Assembly: GCF_000150275.1 (NCBI RefSeq) | Contig: NW_002060943.1 | Location: 6,626,299-6,690,298, forward strand | Length of the DNA stretch: 64,000 nucleotides | Direction: 5' to 3' | DNA from: Trichoplax adhaerens | Lineage: Eukaryota; Animalia; Placozoa | The notes under the pieces: generated by a model | Databases searched by the model: none | What the model saw: the letters and a program-made list of their open reading frames with translations, nothing else | What the model was told of the DNA's origin: nothing | Shown: in pieces, positions 48,501-60,781 of the stretch | Layout: each line of letters starts with the position of its first letter | Numbering within the stretch: the stretch's first letter is position 1 | Position numbers and translations under genes: made by a program

Positions 48501-50720
48501 TCGGGCATTATCGTCGCATAGAAATTACTTCATCTATATGTAGTTGAGCTTTTAGATTTAACTAAAACGGTGCTTTGTTGTATATGAAATAAAATACAGT
48601 TACAGCTATTTTCTCGAAAAAATTTCCATATGCTTTAAACTGTAGCTAAAACATTATAGTATTAACAATTTGTTCTATCAGAGTGATAAATTCGTGTAAT
48701 CTTCTCTATTGTTTGATCTTAATGCTATTATAGAGACTGCATACATTTGATAGGTGTATGCATGCAGCAGAGTATTTAATTTTGGTACCATTCTTCCATA
48801 AATCAGTGAAATGTCATGATATGAAAATGGCATAGTTAATTGTAATACTGTACTATGCTTTACGCTTTGTTGTTCGGTATTTTTATTGAACATGAATGAA
48901 TAGCGTAATCCAAAATCCTGTTAGGTATCGTCACGAAGTAATAACATTACCTTCTTTACGGTTTATGTAAATAACGATTATTTTCTCTCTGCCAATGATG
49001 CAGTTGCAAATGTAATGACAAGATATTAGATTAGAACTTTAATATGTTAAAGTAAACAATTTTTGTAGCTCGAATTTAAAGTATTTTTTCTGTAATTTAT
49101 AAAAGCAATTGCTATTAGATCAAACTGTGGAAAAAATCTCCTTTTGTACTCCGGACCCCAAGGATGATCGTCTTTTTTCATATATTTGCCGTGATGGCAC
49201 ATCAATGAAATGGTTATGTCATTCCTTTCTCACTGATAAAGCCTCTGTGAGTTTATTATGGATAGACAATATTGAACGTAATAACATCATAATTAGATAG
49301 AACGGGTATAGAGGCATAATGACTTGTTACTGATAACTGTTGATAGTATTGTCGTAAGTTACCATAGCAATGTCAAATTAAAGCTCCTTCTTTGAATATA
49401 TAATTTATAGTTCTTACGTGATGATAATTAAAACAATCACTGTCGACAGGGAGAAAGAATTAGTAATGCTTTAGGCTCTGCATTTTCCGAATCTTATTTA
49501 CGTAAAGAGGATTTAAGAAAAAAAGAAGTTGCTAACGAAGTATGTTCAGTAAGCCTTCTTTTATTCGATTTTATCTTCATATTCTTTAAAACAATGTGCC
49601 TTATATATATATATATATGATTAATTGATTAATATACTAACCCTTTTAGGATAAGAATTTCCAAAGAAGTATATCACTTCGTGTTCCTAAGAAAGAAAGA
49701 CCGGATTTCGACACTAGTCGAAAAACTGGTGGGTAACTAATGTATTTAAATCACTGATATCTTGATGAGGCTCGTAGTATTTATGGTCTTTTAGTCGTTA
49801 ATAGTTCTTATTTCATGAGTTAATTATTATATGTCATATACTCAATAGAGGAAACGAAAGTTAATGCTGTAAAGAAAGGCTACGACAACTCGATGGCAAT
49901 TCCTAGACAACCTTCATTGCGATTAAAAAAAGATATGCCCATACCTAATCCATTAACTTGGGAGGCGCAGAAAAGCTCTAGCAAAACTGTAAATGGTACC
50001 GGAGATGTTGTAATCGAAAAGAATACTGAATCGGCGGCGTCATCGAAGGTTTGTTCTAATAAAGACGATAAATACGAATTAATTTTATGAAGTGACCGTT
50101 TTATTTATACTAATTTGGTATCCTAAATATTAAATAAGAGATAGATTTTATAATAGTTTTTTAAATTTCTTATTATTAATGATAGTTGGTCGCATCTACT
50201 ATCGCTTACGAAAAGCATCCCGCACAATCGCCATTGAATGCGTCTCCATTTGTCATGCCTAATAACCGGGTAAACTTTTTATTCTTGCTTACATTTTTTC
50301 TGAAATCATTTTATTTCAAGTACTAATTCGATGATAATTATTAATTGAACTTAGAATGCCAATGGCCACCAAACAAATGGCAATTTAAATAGTAATGGCT
50401 TAATTAGTGATTCCGTTACGAGTGGAAATGACACCGGCAATCTGTCAGACGTGCATAAAAAAGATCTTGACATTATAAAAAAAAGACATAACCACGAATT
50501 AAATGCAATTATAGTTAGACGAAAATTTTTAGAAGAGGAACTAAAAAAGTTATCTCAAGCAGAACAGATTCTTTTACAAAAGCATTCTAATGAATTGCAG
50601 GAGTTGTTAATGTCATACAAGAAAAAAATTGAAAGTAATAGGGATTCACAGTCTTTAGAAAATGAATGGATGGAAATCGCTAACAGACATGGAGAGTACG
50701 CACCTACAAGTGATGTTTAA
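42557..50720 (+). CDS. NUMB: Numb (PTB-domain endocytic adaptor, Notch antagonist), 9 exons, ~414 aa
   Basis: Exons 42557-42694, 44009-44083, 48289-48360, 49106-49246, 49450-49539, 49650-49728, 49849-50048, 50186-50269 and 50355-50720 join in frame. [13 protein letters not shown]...[18 protein letters not shown]|[20 protein letters not shown]...[10 protein letters not shown]|[35 protein letters not shown]..|[12 protein letters not shown] matches the Numb PTB domain; AIPRQPSLR resembles the NumbF RQGSFR segment. Confidence 0.93.
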
Positions 50721-52069
50721 TATGAATAACGATGATGCGAAACTATTATGGTTTAGAAGTTTGTGTTGTTTGTCAATATTTTATTGTTACTAGTTTACGT
50801 TCGTTGGTATTTGATGACATACATTTAAAGAGCACGAGTTATTGGTAGACCTACAATCATAATTTGGCTGCGATATGACATAGATATTTTACGTTATACT
50901 CGGTACATTTTGCCTTATATCAAATAGGAACTACCAAAAATTGTCGCGTATATTTTATGTTGCGATCACAGCCATTGATCATGTGACACAGATAATTAAT
51001 AAATATATATATATGTTAACGTACTATTGTAAATAGGACACTAGTAAGCCAAAATTGCTATTGCTAAAGTACTTTATTGATGATTACTTTGCAATATAAG
51101 TCGTTATAAATTTTTATTTTAAAAAATATTCACTGTAATGTATACGCCGCGAATTTACTGAAAAATAATGACACTCTCGAAGGTCTGGTTACGCTTTGAC
51201 ATTGCGTATTTCGATTTATGAATCATAAGATTATGAAATTTTTGAATTAAGATATGTTTGTAAGAAGCAAAAGCATAAATAAGTATTCAGCCTGCAATGA
51301 AATGCGTAGTGCGATTTATCGTAGACTTTACGTCATTATCTTAGCCGTCAAACTTACCTATCGGTTTACCAGCTTAAATATAAGTATCAGCATTATTTCG
51401 TCAATGGTACTGCTTATTAGTTAGCATTTTGATAAAGCTATAACTTTTTATTACATTAAGATTTTAGTATAAAGTCCTTAACAGATATAAATGCATTGAA
51501 AGATCGTTCTTAACAAATTAGACGACATAAATAAAAACCGTTCTGTTCGAAAATGTGCCAATATAAATATATATAGTGTTTTAAGATTATCGTTTACATA
51601 ATTCTATAATAATATGTTACCAGAAGATAGAATCAGAATTTTTGTGGAGCCAAAGATGTAAAATATCATATTTTATCGTTAAAAAAAGGCAAGAGTAGAA
51701 TTGCTTTCGCAATCACAATACGTACAATTTCTAAGTGAAATTTGCGTCATAACTGAGAATATGCAAGTTTCAGGTTAAAGGCTACTCTGAAATAGGACAC
51801 CGCTAATACTAATAAATAGAAACGACTCAATTTCACTTAACTGATTATTAATTACAATTAAAAAATTAATCCTTCACATTAGCATATGAATTAGTTGGCG
51901 ATATTGGTTGTTTCTTTTGATATTATATATCTTCATAGCTTCCCGTATAAATACATTCGTACGCCCATGATAAATTTATCGCCTCAATAGCAAGTGAATC
52001 ATCGCATTATGAAATAAACGTTCTTTTTACTAATCGTCCACATGATATATTCTCTTAAACTAATAACTC

Positions 52070-55000
52070 TTAACTAGAAATAACATCGACGATATCACTG
52101 CAGGCTATCATCGACGAATTAGTGCTCCAGTCGTAGTTATGACTTTCTATTGCAAGCAAGATACCAAATTGAATCTGTCAATTAAGAATAGAAAACAATG
52201 AATCAGCAACATCTATCTATTATATGTTTTATTTTAATCCTCTCGGCAAAGGTTTATAATAATATAGTCAGTAAATTCATTTTACATAATAAATACCTTT
52301 TTGCCACGAAGTTTCATCAACGCTTTCAGTGGATCCTTATTAATAGTTTTAGTAGCAGGGTCGATACATATAATATGACACCTGGTGCATGGGCCAGTAA
52401 TAGTAAATCGGCAATGGCCAATCTTTATATATTTCCAGCAATCTTCAGCGAAAGGCTGTCCTCCTTGGATGATTAAATTAGCTCTGAAACGATCGCACAA
52501 GCTATCAACGGTAGCAATAGTGGAAACAGGTGACTTTTCAAAGGCATTCATTTTTAATATTGTCTTATATAATATAGTAGCACTAGTTGAAGATATTAGC
52601 AATATTTGAGCAGTATTTGCAAGGGATAGAATAGGCTGTCGTTCATCATTTGAAGTTCTCGATTTTGTTGAACGCTTACTGTTATCATGTTGCATAATCA
52701 GTCGAACTGTTCTTTGCAGTACTTTGCTGAGCCACAACGAGGCTTCATCTCCGCAATCAATACCATTTACTTTATCACCGCAAACTCTAGATTGACAAAC
52801 GGAGGCACTAATAGCAAATTGATCAGGCATATCATAACTTAACGGTAATAGTAACGATTGCACGCCTTCGCAATCTAATATTAGTAACTTGTCTTCTAAG
52901 TTTATTTTTGGTCTAATATTATACATCTTAGGTTCTTGCTTCAAGTTTAAGCAAACACCAGATTCATTGACTATCATCCAACTGCGATCATATAACAGAC
53001 CCCTAGGTCCTATAGGCCAACTATCGACTTCGAAGCCGTTACAGGACTTGACAGGATACAAAACAATTCTTTGTAATTTAGGAATCGAAGGCTTTAACAC
53101 ATTGAAGTGGATCTCCTTGGAATCAATTTCAATGTTATCTTCTTTACTTTCACTTTCAACAAGGAATTCAACAAAGCATTCTTCCAAAAACTTTATGAAT
53201 CGATCTGAATCTTCAAAACTTGACAAATATCCAATTGAAATTCGGATTGAGCCTGTGGGTTTACCATCTATTAAATCGATATCATCACCACAAATATGCC
53301 CAGACTTGAGTAAATATGAAAAGTATGTATGCATAAAGTTAAATCAAAGTTACATCTTCAAATGGTTATAATTCTATTGGCCATATGTAAAGATTCTTTC
53401 TAAAGTAAATTACCTGAAAATTGTGTAACAGGCCTGCTGATGATAATCCCAAAGACTTTTGACATTGTCCTAAATTACAAAAGCATCCGGTCCGCAATTC
53501 AATTTTATACATTTCTGCCAATTTAGAAACCTAAAATTGATGATGTGAAAGTCGATAGGTAGGATAATAACATTAGAAATTTCTTATGTATTTTAACTAT
53601 TTCTATAGTACTGTGCATGATTAGTAGTAAATAGGAAACGGAATAGTTACCTGGCTATAACCAATAAAATTTCCTTTCGAATCAAGTAAATTAAAATTAA
53701 TGACTGGACCTTGATGAGTCGAATTGGAGTAATCACTTTCACCATAGATATGACAAAGCGGTTCACAGTTATAGTGGCACAATTTTAACATATTTTGGTA
53801 AGTATAACGAGTAATAGAAAATGTATGGTTGCAAACGGCGTCCATATCCCTAGCTATACCGCATAAGCAATCAAATCCATATTTCAAAGCAATAATATCT
53901 AGAAATGCAACAGTCCCGTCTTCATACCTGCCGCAAAAAAAAGAATTCAATATGCACGTTTATAATTATAAGCTGTATTAGCGAATTCTTTATGTTCTAT
54001 CTCCAAGCTAAGTTAAAATTGAGATAATTGCATGTTAAATACCTATCATGAGGTACTGTCTTAAATGATACAAAATCATCATGATAAAGGCATGTCTGGA
54101 TGGTTCCACCGCCAAAATATTGCTTTCTTAAAACATTTATTGCGTTGTTACGAACAATTAAAGCTCCTAAGCCAGTAGGAAAGCCAAATAATTTGTAAAA
54201 AGAAATTGGCACAAAATCTGGTTTATATCGACCCAAATCCAAGGGAGAGGTTGAAATATAAGAAGCGGCATCCAGTAAGACATACCAACGATCTTTTTCA
54301 CGAATTTTAACACAATTCGGTACTAACTGAGTACGTTGAATTCTGTCAATCCATTGTAAAGGATATTTCCTACCGGAAAAATTACTTTGAGCTGGGTAAG
54401 CGAAAAGATGATTGATGGTACAATTGGTGGTATCGCCATTATCAATCTCGATATTATGAACTTGATGTTGGCCGCTTTGGCTATTGCTATTCAGTTTGGT
54501 ACTGATAATTTTACTACCAGTACTATCTGCTGTTTCTACTGCTTCTATGTCAACACAAGTTATCATTCCAACATGACGAGAGACTGCTTGTCGAATTCCG
54601 ATAACAGACGTATGATTGTCTTCCAAGTAGCAAAAGCATGGTTGGATATTTTCTGCATGATCACCTTCAAGCCTATTGCCGTTTACCATTGAATCGCTGT
54701 TGTCATAGGGGGCATGCCATTGGAAGCTATCATGAATTATTTTTAAGGCATCGGTAGCACCAGAGGTAAAGATGACTCTATAATCGTCACTATTGGTATT
54801 GAAGTGATCTAAAATTCGATCTCTCATTTGATCAATCATTTGCAAAGTCTGTTTACTACTAGCATTTCTGCTATGTGGGTTAGCAAAGAGCTGTCCTTTC
54901 AACTCCTGTAAATAATTTTCTAACTGTGATTCGCAGTACAAAGCAGAGCCAATATTATCAAGGTAGGTAACACCTGTTTTTAAAGATAATAAAGTGGTCG

Positions 55001-56163
55001 ATTGTCAGATATACAGTATAACAAATCATTTTCAAATTTCAAGTTAAAGCAATATTCAGCATTATTTTTCTGTGTTGGGTAACTGTATTGCAAAGTTATC
55101 AATTATTAGATTTCGATTTTAAGGCAGCTTTATCATATGTTAATATCATTAGCGAGTTTTTTAAGCCTATTTAATGATGAATGATCATGATCATTTCCGA
55201 GCAATAGTTGAATCTCAGATTTAGCAGTAATTACCAGTCTACGATATTTGAAGAAAAAGAGGAGTAGACTGGTATTGACCGAATTTGTTAGCGGTGCATT
55301 TCCATGATCATTTTATGATATTGCATCAATCAATACGAAGAGAGCATAGTCATGGAGACAGTAGATACTTGGTAATATCCTAACCAGTTTATTGTTGTTT
55401 CCCTGTTATTCGTGTGAATCAATTGGATAAGAGTCCATCACCTTCAAATTGATCAACACGAGCTATCAGACTTGCTATGGTTGGTCAAGCATATCTAATG
55501 ACGACTAGAAGGATGGCCTAGCAAGAATCATTCATTTACTGTTGACTAAAAGTAATCCAATTTTATTGGCTTCATCTCCATTCGAATACAGTAATCATTC
55601 TTACTTGTATGAGTGACTCTTGACTGTAGGCAAGAATCATTCACCCATTATGGACTAATAGTGATGCAATCTTCTTCTTAGTTTCATCTCTATTAGAATA
55701 CAGTCATTATTAGGGATGTTGGTAAATTTCCCGTTCAAATGAACGGGAACATATTCTGCACAAAGCAATCCATAAAAAGAAAATTTACAGCTAGATTATC
55801 TTACAATACATGTACCGACTAAAACTAATCCAATTCTATTCGTTTGATCTCCATTGCATTACGGTCATTACCATTAGGTATATTATCATTCATTCACTAT
55901 CGACTAAAAGTAAAATCCATTTGATTAATTACATTCCATTGAGTAATTGTCATTCTACTCGTAATCAAGGGCAAATAAGCGATTTGGACTTGTATTGATC
56001 AATATTGGCAAACTCTTGCTTGCATTCTACAGTATACGAGTATTATGCCTCCAAATATTTCTTCGATCATAGTTATTAGCAACTTATTACCATTTAAACG
56101 TTTTAATTCTCGCTTTCTAACTTCGTCCACGTTAATACGGTAGAACTCTCCCTCTTCCATCAT
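52070..56163 (-). CDS. MOCOS: Molybdenum cofactor sulfurase (NifS-like PLP domain + MOSC domains), 6 exons
   Basis: Minus-strand exons 56163-56091, 54973-54043, 53927-53651, 53530-53414, 53304-52297 and 52174-52070. Motifs: TYLDNIGSALY, ANPHS, VIFTSGATDAL, DNHTSVIGIR, YPAQSNFSG, LLDAAS, PLP-lysine SFYKLFGFPTGLGAL, YEDGT, persulfide-Cys LRTGCFCNLG, MOSC YPVKSC..YDRSWMIV, RFRANLII, CTRC. Confidence 0.95.
55521..55930. repeat. Degenerate direct repeats in MOCOS intron 1
   Basis: GCAAGAATCATTCA...GACTAA(A/T)AGT(A/G)AT(C/G)CAAT...TTCATCTC...GAATACAGT at ~55521 and ~55630, with partial copies at ~55816 and ~55890. Confidence 0.6.
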
Positions 56164-57375
56164 TGCTGTCCAGTCTTGATTCTTGCTTCATGAGCATTGG
56201 ACGGCGTAGACATGGAGATGGCGTTTGATACTGGTACTGACCGTGTCGTCTCCAGACCCAACGAAGTGTCCTGGCCCCAATGTAGTACTACCGTATCGTA
56301 CCGTAACGGCCATCAACAGTAATATTACCTACTGATACAGTAGCGGTAGAGCAGTCAAAAGAGTTGAAGGCAAGTACTGCTACGGCCATGCTCAATGCAA
56401 GATAGATTTTCATGGCGATTTTGCAATGTTCTTCTACTTCCAACCTTCTTCGAATGCAACTTCTAATGTGTAGCTCGGATCAAGATATATCCATATTGAT
56501 CTTGTAGCTCAATATGAAACGAGGATATAGCTCGTTCTTACCCATGAGCTGTATTCAAGACTGTACATCATGCTTATTTTGATACCCCAGCGGTATTTGC
56601 TGATCGAGAAGAGTTTAGCTAGTGTTCCACTTGGCCTTACTGGAATAAACTCCCTCTGAGATTTTCTCCTCCCAATATTGCCTCTGTCTACTAAAATAGT
56701 CGGTGACTTCTCGGAGAAACTATCACTTTCTGTGACAATGTTCACTAGCTTCTGGGGAAAAAAAAATATGAGAAGATTCAGCGACTTTTCGAAAAATAAT
56801 TGCCTCGCTCGATGACAATACTTTGCGGCTATTTTCGACCGATTGAATTAGTAGTTTAAAGAACTTCTGGAAAAAAAAAAAATTTCCTTCTTTCTACGAA
56901 TTCATAAAGTAGTAGGAAGGGGGTCAATTTTTTCCTCTAAAATCTCTGTTCTAGTACTCACTCCTAGTGACTTCTATCAATAATAACGACGATAAACAAA
57001 AAAATCAGCAGGCTACGCCATCGCAAGATGCTCTTCTACTGTCAGATACTCTAACAAAATGGATTCGTTAGTAAAAATTGACTTGCTTGCTTAATTGGAT
57101 TTTTGATTAATTTTACGATCAATAAAATATGAATCATAAGCGTGTGCGTAGAAAAAACTAGTTTAATCGAAGATTTGTATTAAACTGTAAAATTGAAGAT
57201 GCCATGATTGACATTAGCATTCTCCCGAAATCGAACACCGGATATTATTGCACGCGTACGAGCATGCAGTAAATAAACAGCCAGGTCTCTGCGGCGGAAA
57301 TCGCGCAAGGTTGGCCAATACCCCATGCGGGTCGATGAAATGACTTTAGCGCTTCCTGCAACTATTTTATACATG

Positions 57376-57418
57376 AACCCTAACCCTAACCCTAACCCTA
57401 ACCCTAACTCTAAACTCT
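57376..57418. repeat. Interstitial telomeric repeat (TAACCC)5 plus degenerate units
   Basis: AACCCT x5 (57376-57405) then AACTCT AAACTCT; this is the metazoan TTAGGG repeat on the minus strand. Confidence 0.9.
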
Positions 57419-59510
57419 TAGTTTATTTTGTAGGATCAAGCCCACTGTGGTGTTGGTAATGATCCAATAAAAAGAGAGTCGATTCCCAATTTAGCACATT
57501 AACATTTCAATTTACGAATATTGTCATCTAGCACGCGATACAATCAACTAGAACTACTCAACATTTACATACGATTGCTCATCAACAATTGTGATCTCTA
57601 GATGTCATAGACTACCGTACTTTAAAGTTGATAACTGTTGCAGTGTACAATTCGTTATCTATTCTCGGTGGCAAGAAAAAAAATTGAAAGAGGAATCACG
57701 CACGGTGTTGGGCGGAAAGGAATCCTATGGCTCGAATACAGTACGTAGGTCGTATGCATGTCTAGGAGCAAGCCAGCTTACCAGCTAATTTTGGCACCTA
57801 TAGATTTATTCTTCTGAAGCCGATTTCTGTTAGTCATTCATTTCTTCTCATTATTAAAGCACATAGAGCAATAGCCTAACTGAGATTGCTTTAAATTGAC
57901 TACGATAGGATACAGTATTTTACAATGCAGGTAAGCAAGATCTATATTCCCTTGCTATTATACCCTCATTAAATTAGAATTATATTATAACGCATGGTTA
58001 CGTATTCCAATTTGTAAAGACAATAATATCATGGAGCTAATAACTCTTAATTCGAGCAATAATAATGACGCCATTAATTGTAGTATAGTAGTTAACAGTC
58101 AGGTCAATAACGCCATCACTACAGTAGTGCTTTTACCAGCCATCCTGGTCACTATTTTGTGTGTAGTCGATTCATTGCATCAGGAAGAGAATCATTAGCC
58201 GAGCCCTAATTTGGTATATTATTATCAAATAGTGGTTAATGCATTGTCGATTGCATTCTTAACTGTAATCCTACTAGAGATTTGAATTGATTTGGCGCCA
58301 AATATGAATCGGCGTAAAAAGTCGTTGATTAATTATAAAAATTATCGTATACCATATATATTACTACCAAAAGCCACACATTTTATTTTACTATAGGTAG
58401 GAGAACGTACGGTTGTAAATCAAAATATAACTTCGTGTCGATACTTTTATATATATATTATATATACGAGTATATATATACAAATAATTGTAGTAAATAT
58501 TTCTACACAGTATGTAGAGAATGATCTGTTATGTATTGGTAGTAAGCACCGGCTGAAATGGTAAACATGTTTTTACTGAATTAATACTCCTCAATCTTCA
58601 TTTTTACCGTAACTATACCTACAAGTCTATTACTATACTATCCTATAAAATGGCGCCCTCCATTCCATTCGAATTGAACTATTCCCACATTCAAAAATGA
58701 TTTTGCATTCATATTCCAAACCATAAATTTTATTGACATAGATAATTTAATTTAAAGTCGTCAACATGCACAAATTCCATAATACAAGTATAGAATAAAA
58801 TTTTTGCAGTATACATTTACTACAATTTGTAATAGTAGACCGGCTTAGTAATAATAAAATATCATTGCAATTTTAATTCCATTGTAAATAAACCAGCACG
58901 CATATTATTACGTAAATGATAGCAATATATTGCTTAAAAAGGAGAAATGACGTCGTATATGAATTTTAACATAAACAAATTATCAATTTATTTATTATGC
59001 ACCTTGAATACTGTACAACTACTATTGAAATCATTCATGATATCTGATAAATAAAAAATAAATTATCTACAATTATTACTGTACATCAGTTTTATAATAA
59101 GCGCTATCACTACGGATAGCATGTAAAGAATTGCACACTAGAAGAATGCCTCTTGTTTTTAGCTTTAAAATATCTTACACTGTATTGTCAAAAGACTATA
59201 TTAACAGATATTAGAGATAGGAGAGAATAATAAACATACTCTTATATAAAGAGTTATTAGAATAAGTGTTCTATTCACCTAGAGTAGTATTTTAATAATG
59301 CTACGTTGATGAAATACAATCTGATCAAAACTGAATTCAACAAGAAAACAGAGATCTTATTATCAATTACTGTAACTTGCAAATGATAAGAAAACTCATA
59401 TAGATTTCTGATTCTATCCCTATCGAGATTAAATGCTACACCAATGACAGTGCATTGATATTGGTTACTAGCAATATACTGCACAACTTGATTCTTTTTC
59501 TTCCAAATTC

Positions 59511-60781
59511 TTATATTGGTAATGATTCAACTTCATTTTCGTCCAAGTAGGAATCGCAAATAGACTTTAGCATCAATTGTTGATAATAACTGCCACTAGA
59601 TTTCAAATTAAACAGAGAAGACATAATTCAATCAATGGTAGGCTTACATTTTAGTGGTAATGTTGCTTCAATAAAGCTAAGCAAATAGATGAAATAATCT
59701 CTTATTTGTTATATCTGTTATAAGATAAAATAAAATACCAAAGCTAACATTTTATATATACAGTATAGAGACTCACCATTTAATAACATCTCGGCATTTT
59801 TGCTTGGACGATACTGTTAGCGCGCTGCGATTATCGTTTGAACAGAAAAGTGCTCCATCGCATATAAAGTCAATAATTTTGCTTTCACAGGTATTGCCGG
59901 GTTGTGATGATGGAATAATATATTTAAGAAGATGAAATATAGTTTGTGCCGAGTTATCTGCCATTTGGAGTGAACTTTCAAACCAGGAAGGAATCGATCT
60001 GCCATAATTGACTGTAGTACATGTCCCGATGTTTGTCCTTTTTGGAAGAGTGCAAGAATGGAGACTGTGGCGGCCTTGCTTGAGTTGTTGACAAAATTGA
60101 TCTGATCTATCTTGATAGACTGGTCCACCACATTCATTTAAGACATTAACGCATGTAGGTTCGGATACAAAGTATTCAACAGTCTGACTAGCTGCATCGC
60201 ACTTTGGAAAATAGGCATGGCATAGCAATTCCAAGATATGAGCGTTACAGTAAGACAACGAATCAAAGCTCTCAAATTCATTCATGTTGAGATGAGCAGT
60301 GATTTTGTTGATAAAGTAGCGGTTGTATTTGTAGACCAAGGTAGGAATTGGATGCGTAATTTTACAAATTCGTTGGACATCTACGGGTGGCATAGAGCAG
60401 GAATCCAATCTAGAAAACGTAAATGCTATGGCTGAATTGTTCTTCGAAGATTTTGGCATAGCCGATATGGTCTAATGTTAGAGATAGGAGAAACCGGAAA
60501 GAGTCAATGTTAGTTACAGTAATAAATCAAAGAAAGCAAAGCTATTTTGAAATTGATTTCGCTTAAGAGACTTAATGGTAGGCTTTTTTGCTTACCGTTT
60601 CTTTCGTTTCATTTTGTTCCCGAGCTTCATGAGGTGAGTAGTCTTGAGCAGCTCTTTTACTCGTTGCTTTACCCGTAGCTCGCTCTGGGTTTGCATCATT
60701 CTTGTATAGCGGTATAGCCAATACTGATGCTATCAAAAGGCTTGTTAGGTACAGGAATAAAAGTTTGTTGATAGTTAGCAT
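59511..60781 (-). CDS. Secreted cysteine-rich protein with two tandem Frizzled-like CRD modules (~321 aa), no transmembrane segment in this model
   Basis: Exons 60781-60596 (signal peptide MLTINKLLFLYLTSLLIASVLA, then SKR|AA), 60471-59777 and 59595-59511 (3' exon uncertain). The Cys pattern YCNAHILELLCHAYFPKC...CVNVLNEC...FC is typical of an FZ-CRD; second module TCESKIIDFICDGALFC...CRDVIKC...ICDSY. Confidence 0.7.

Noticed and set aside
56509-56745. 78 aa ORF upstream of MOCOS
   Set aside because: No recognisable homology; may be decayed repeat sequence.
57376-57418. True chromosome end
   Set aside because: Only about 5-7 units, with ordinary genic sequence on both sides.
59275-59484. Hydrophobic ORF as a possible TM exon of the CRD gene
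   Set aside because: Stop codons separate it from the modelled last exon, and I found no convincing splice path; probably 3' UTR.
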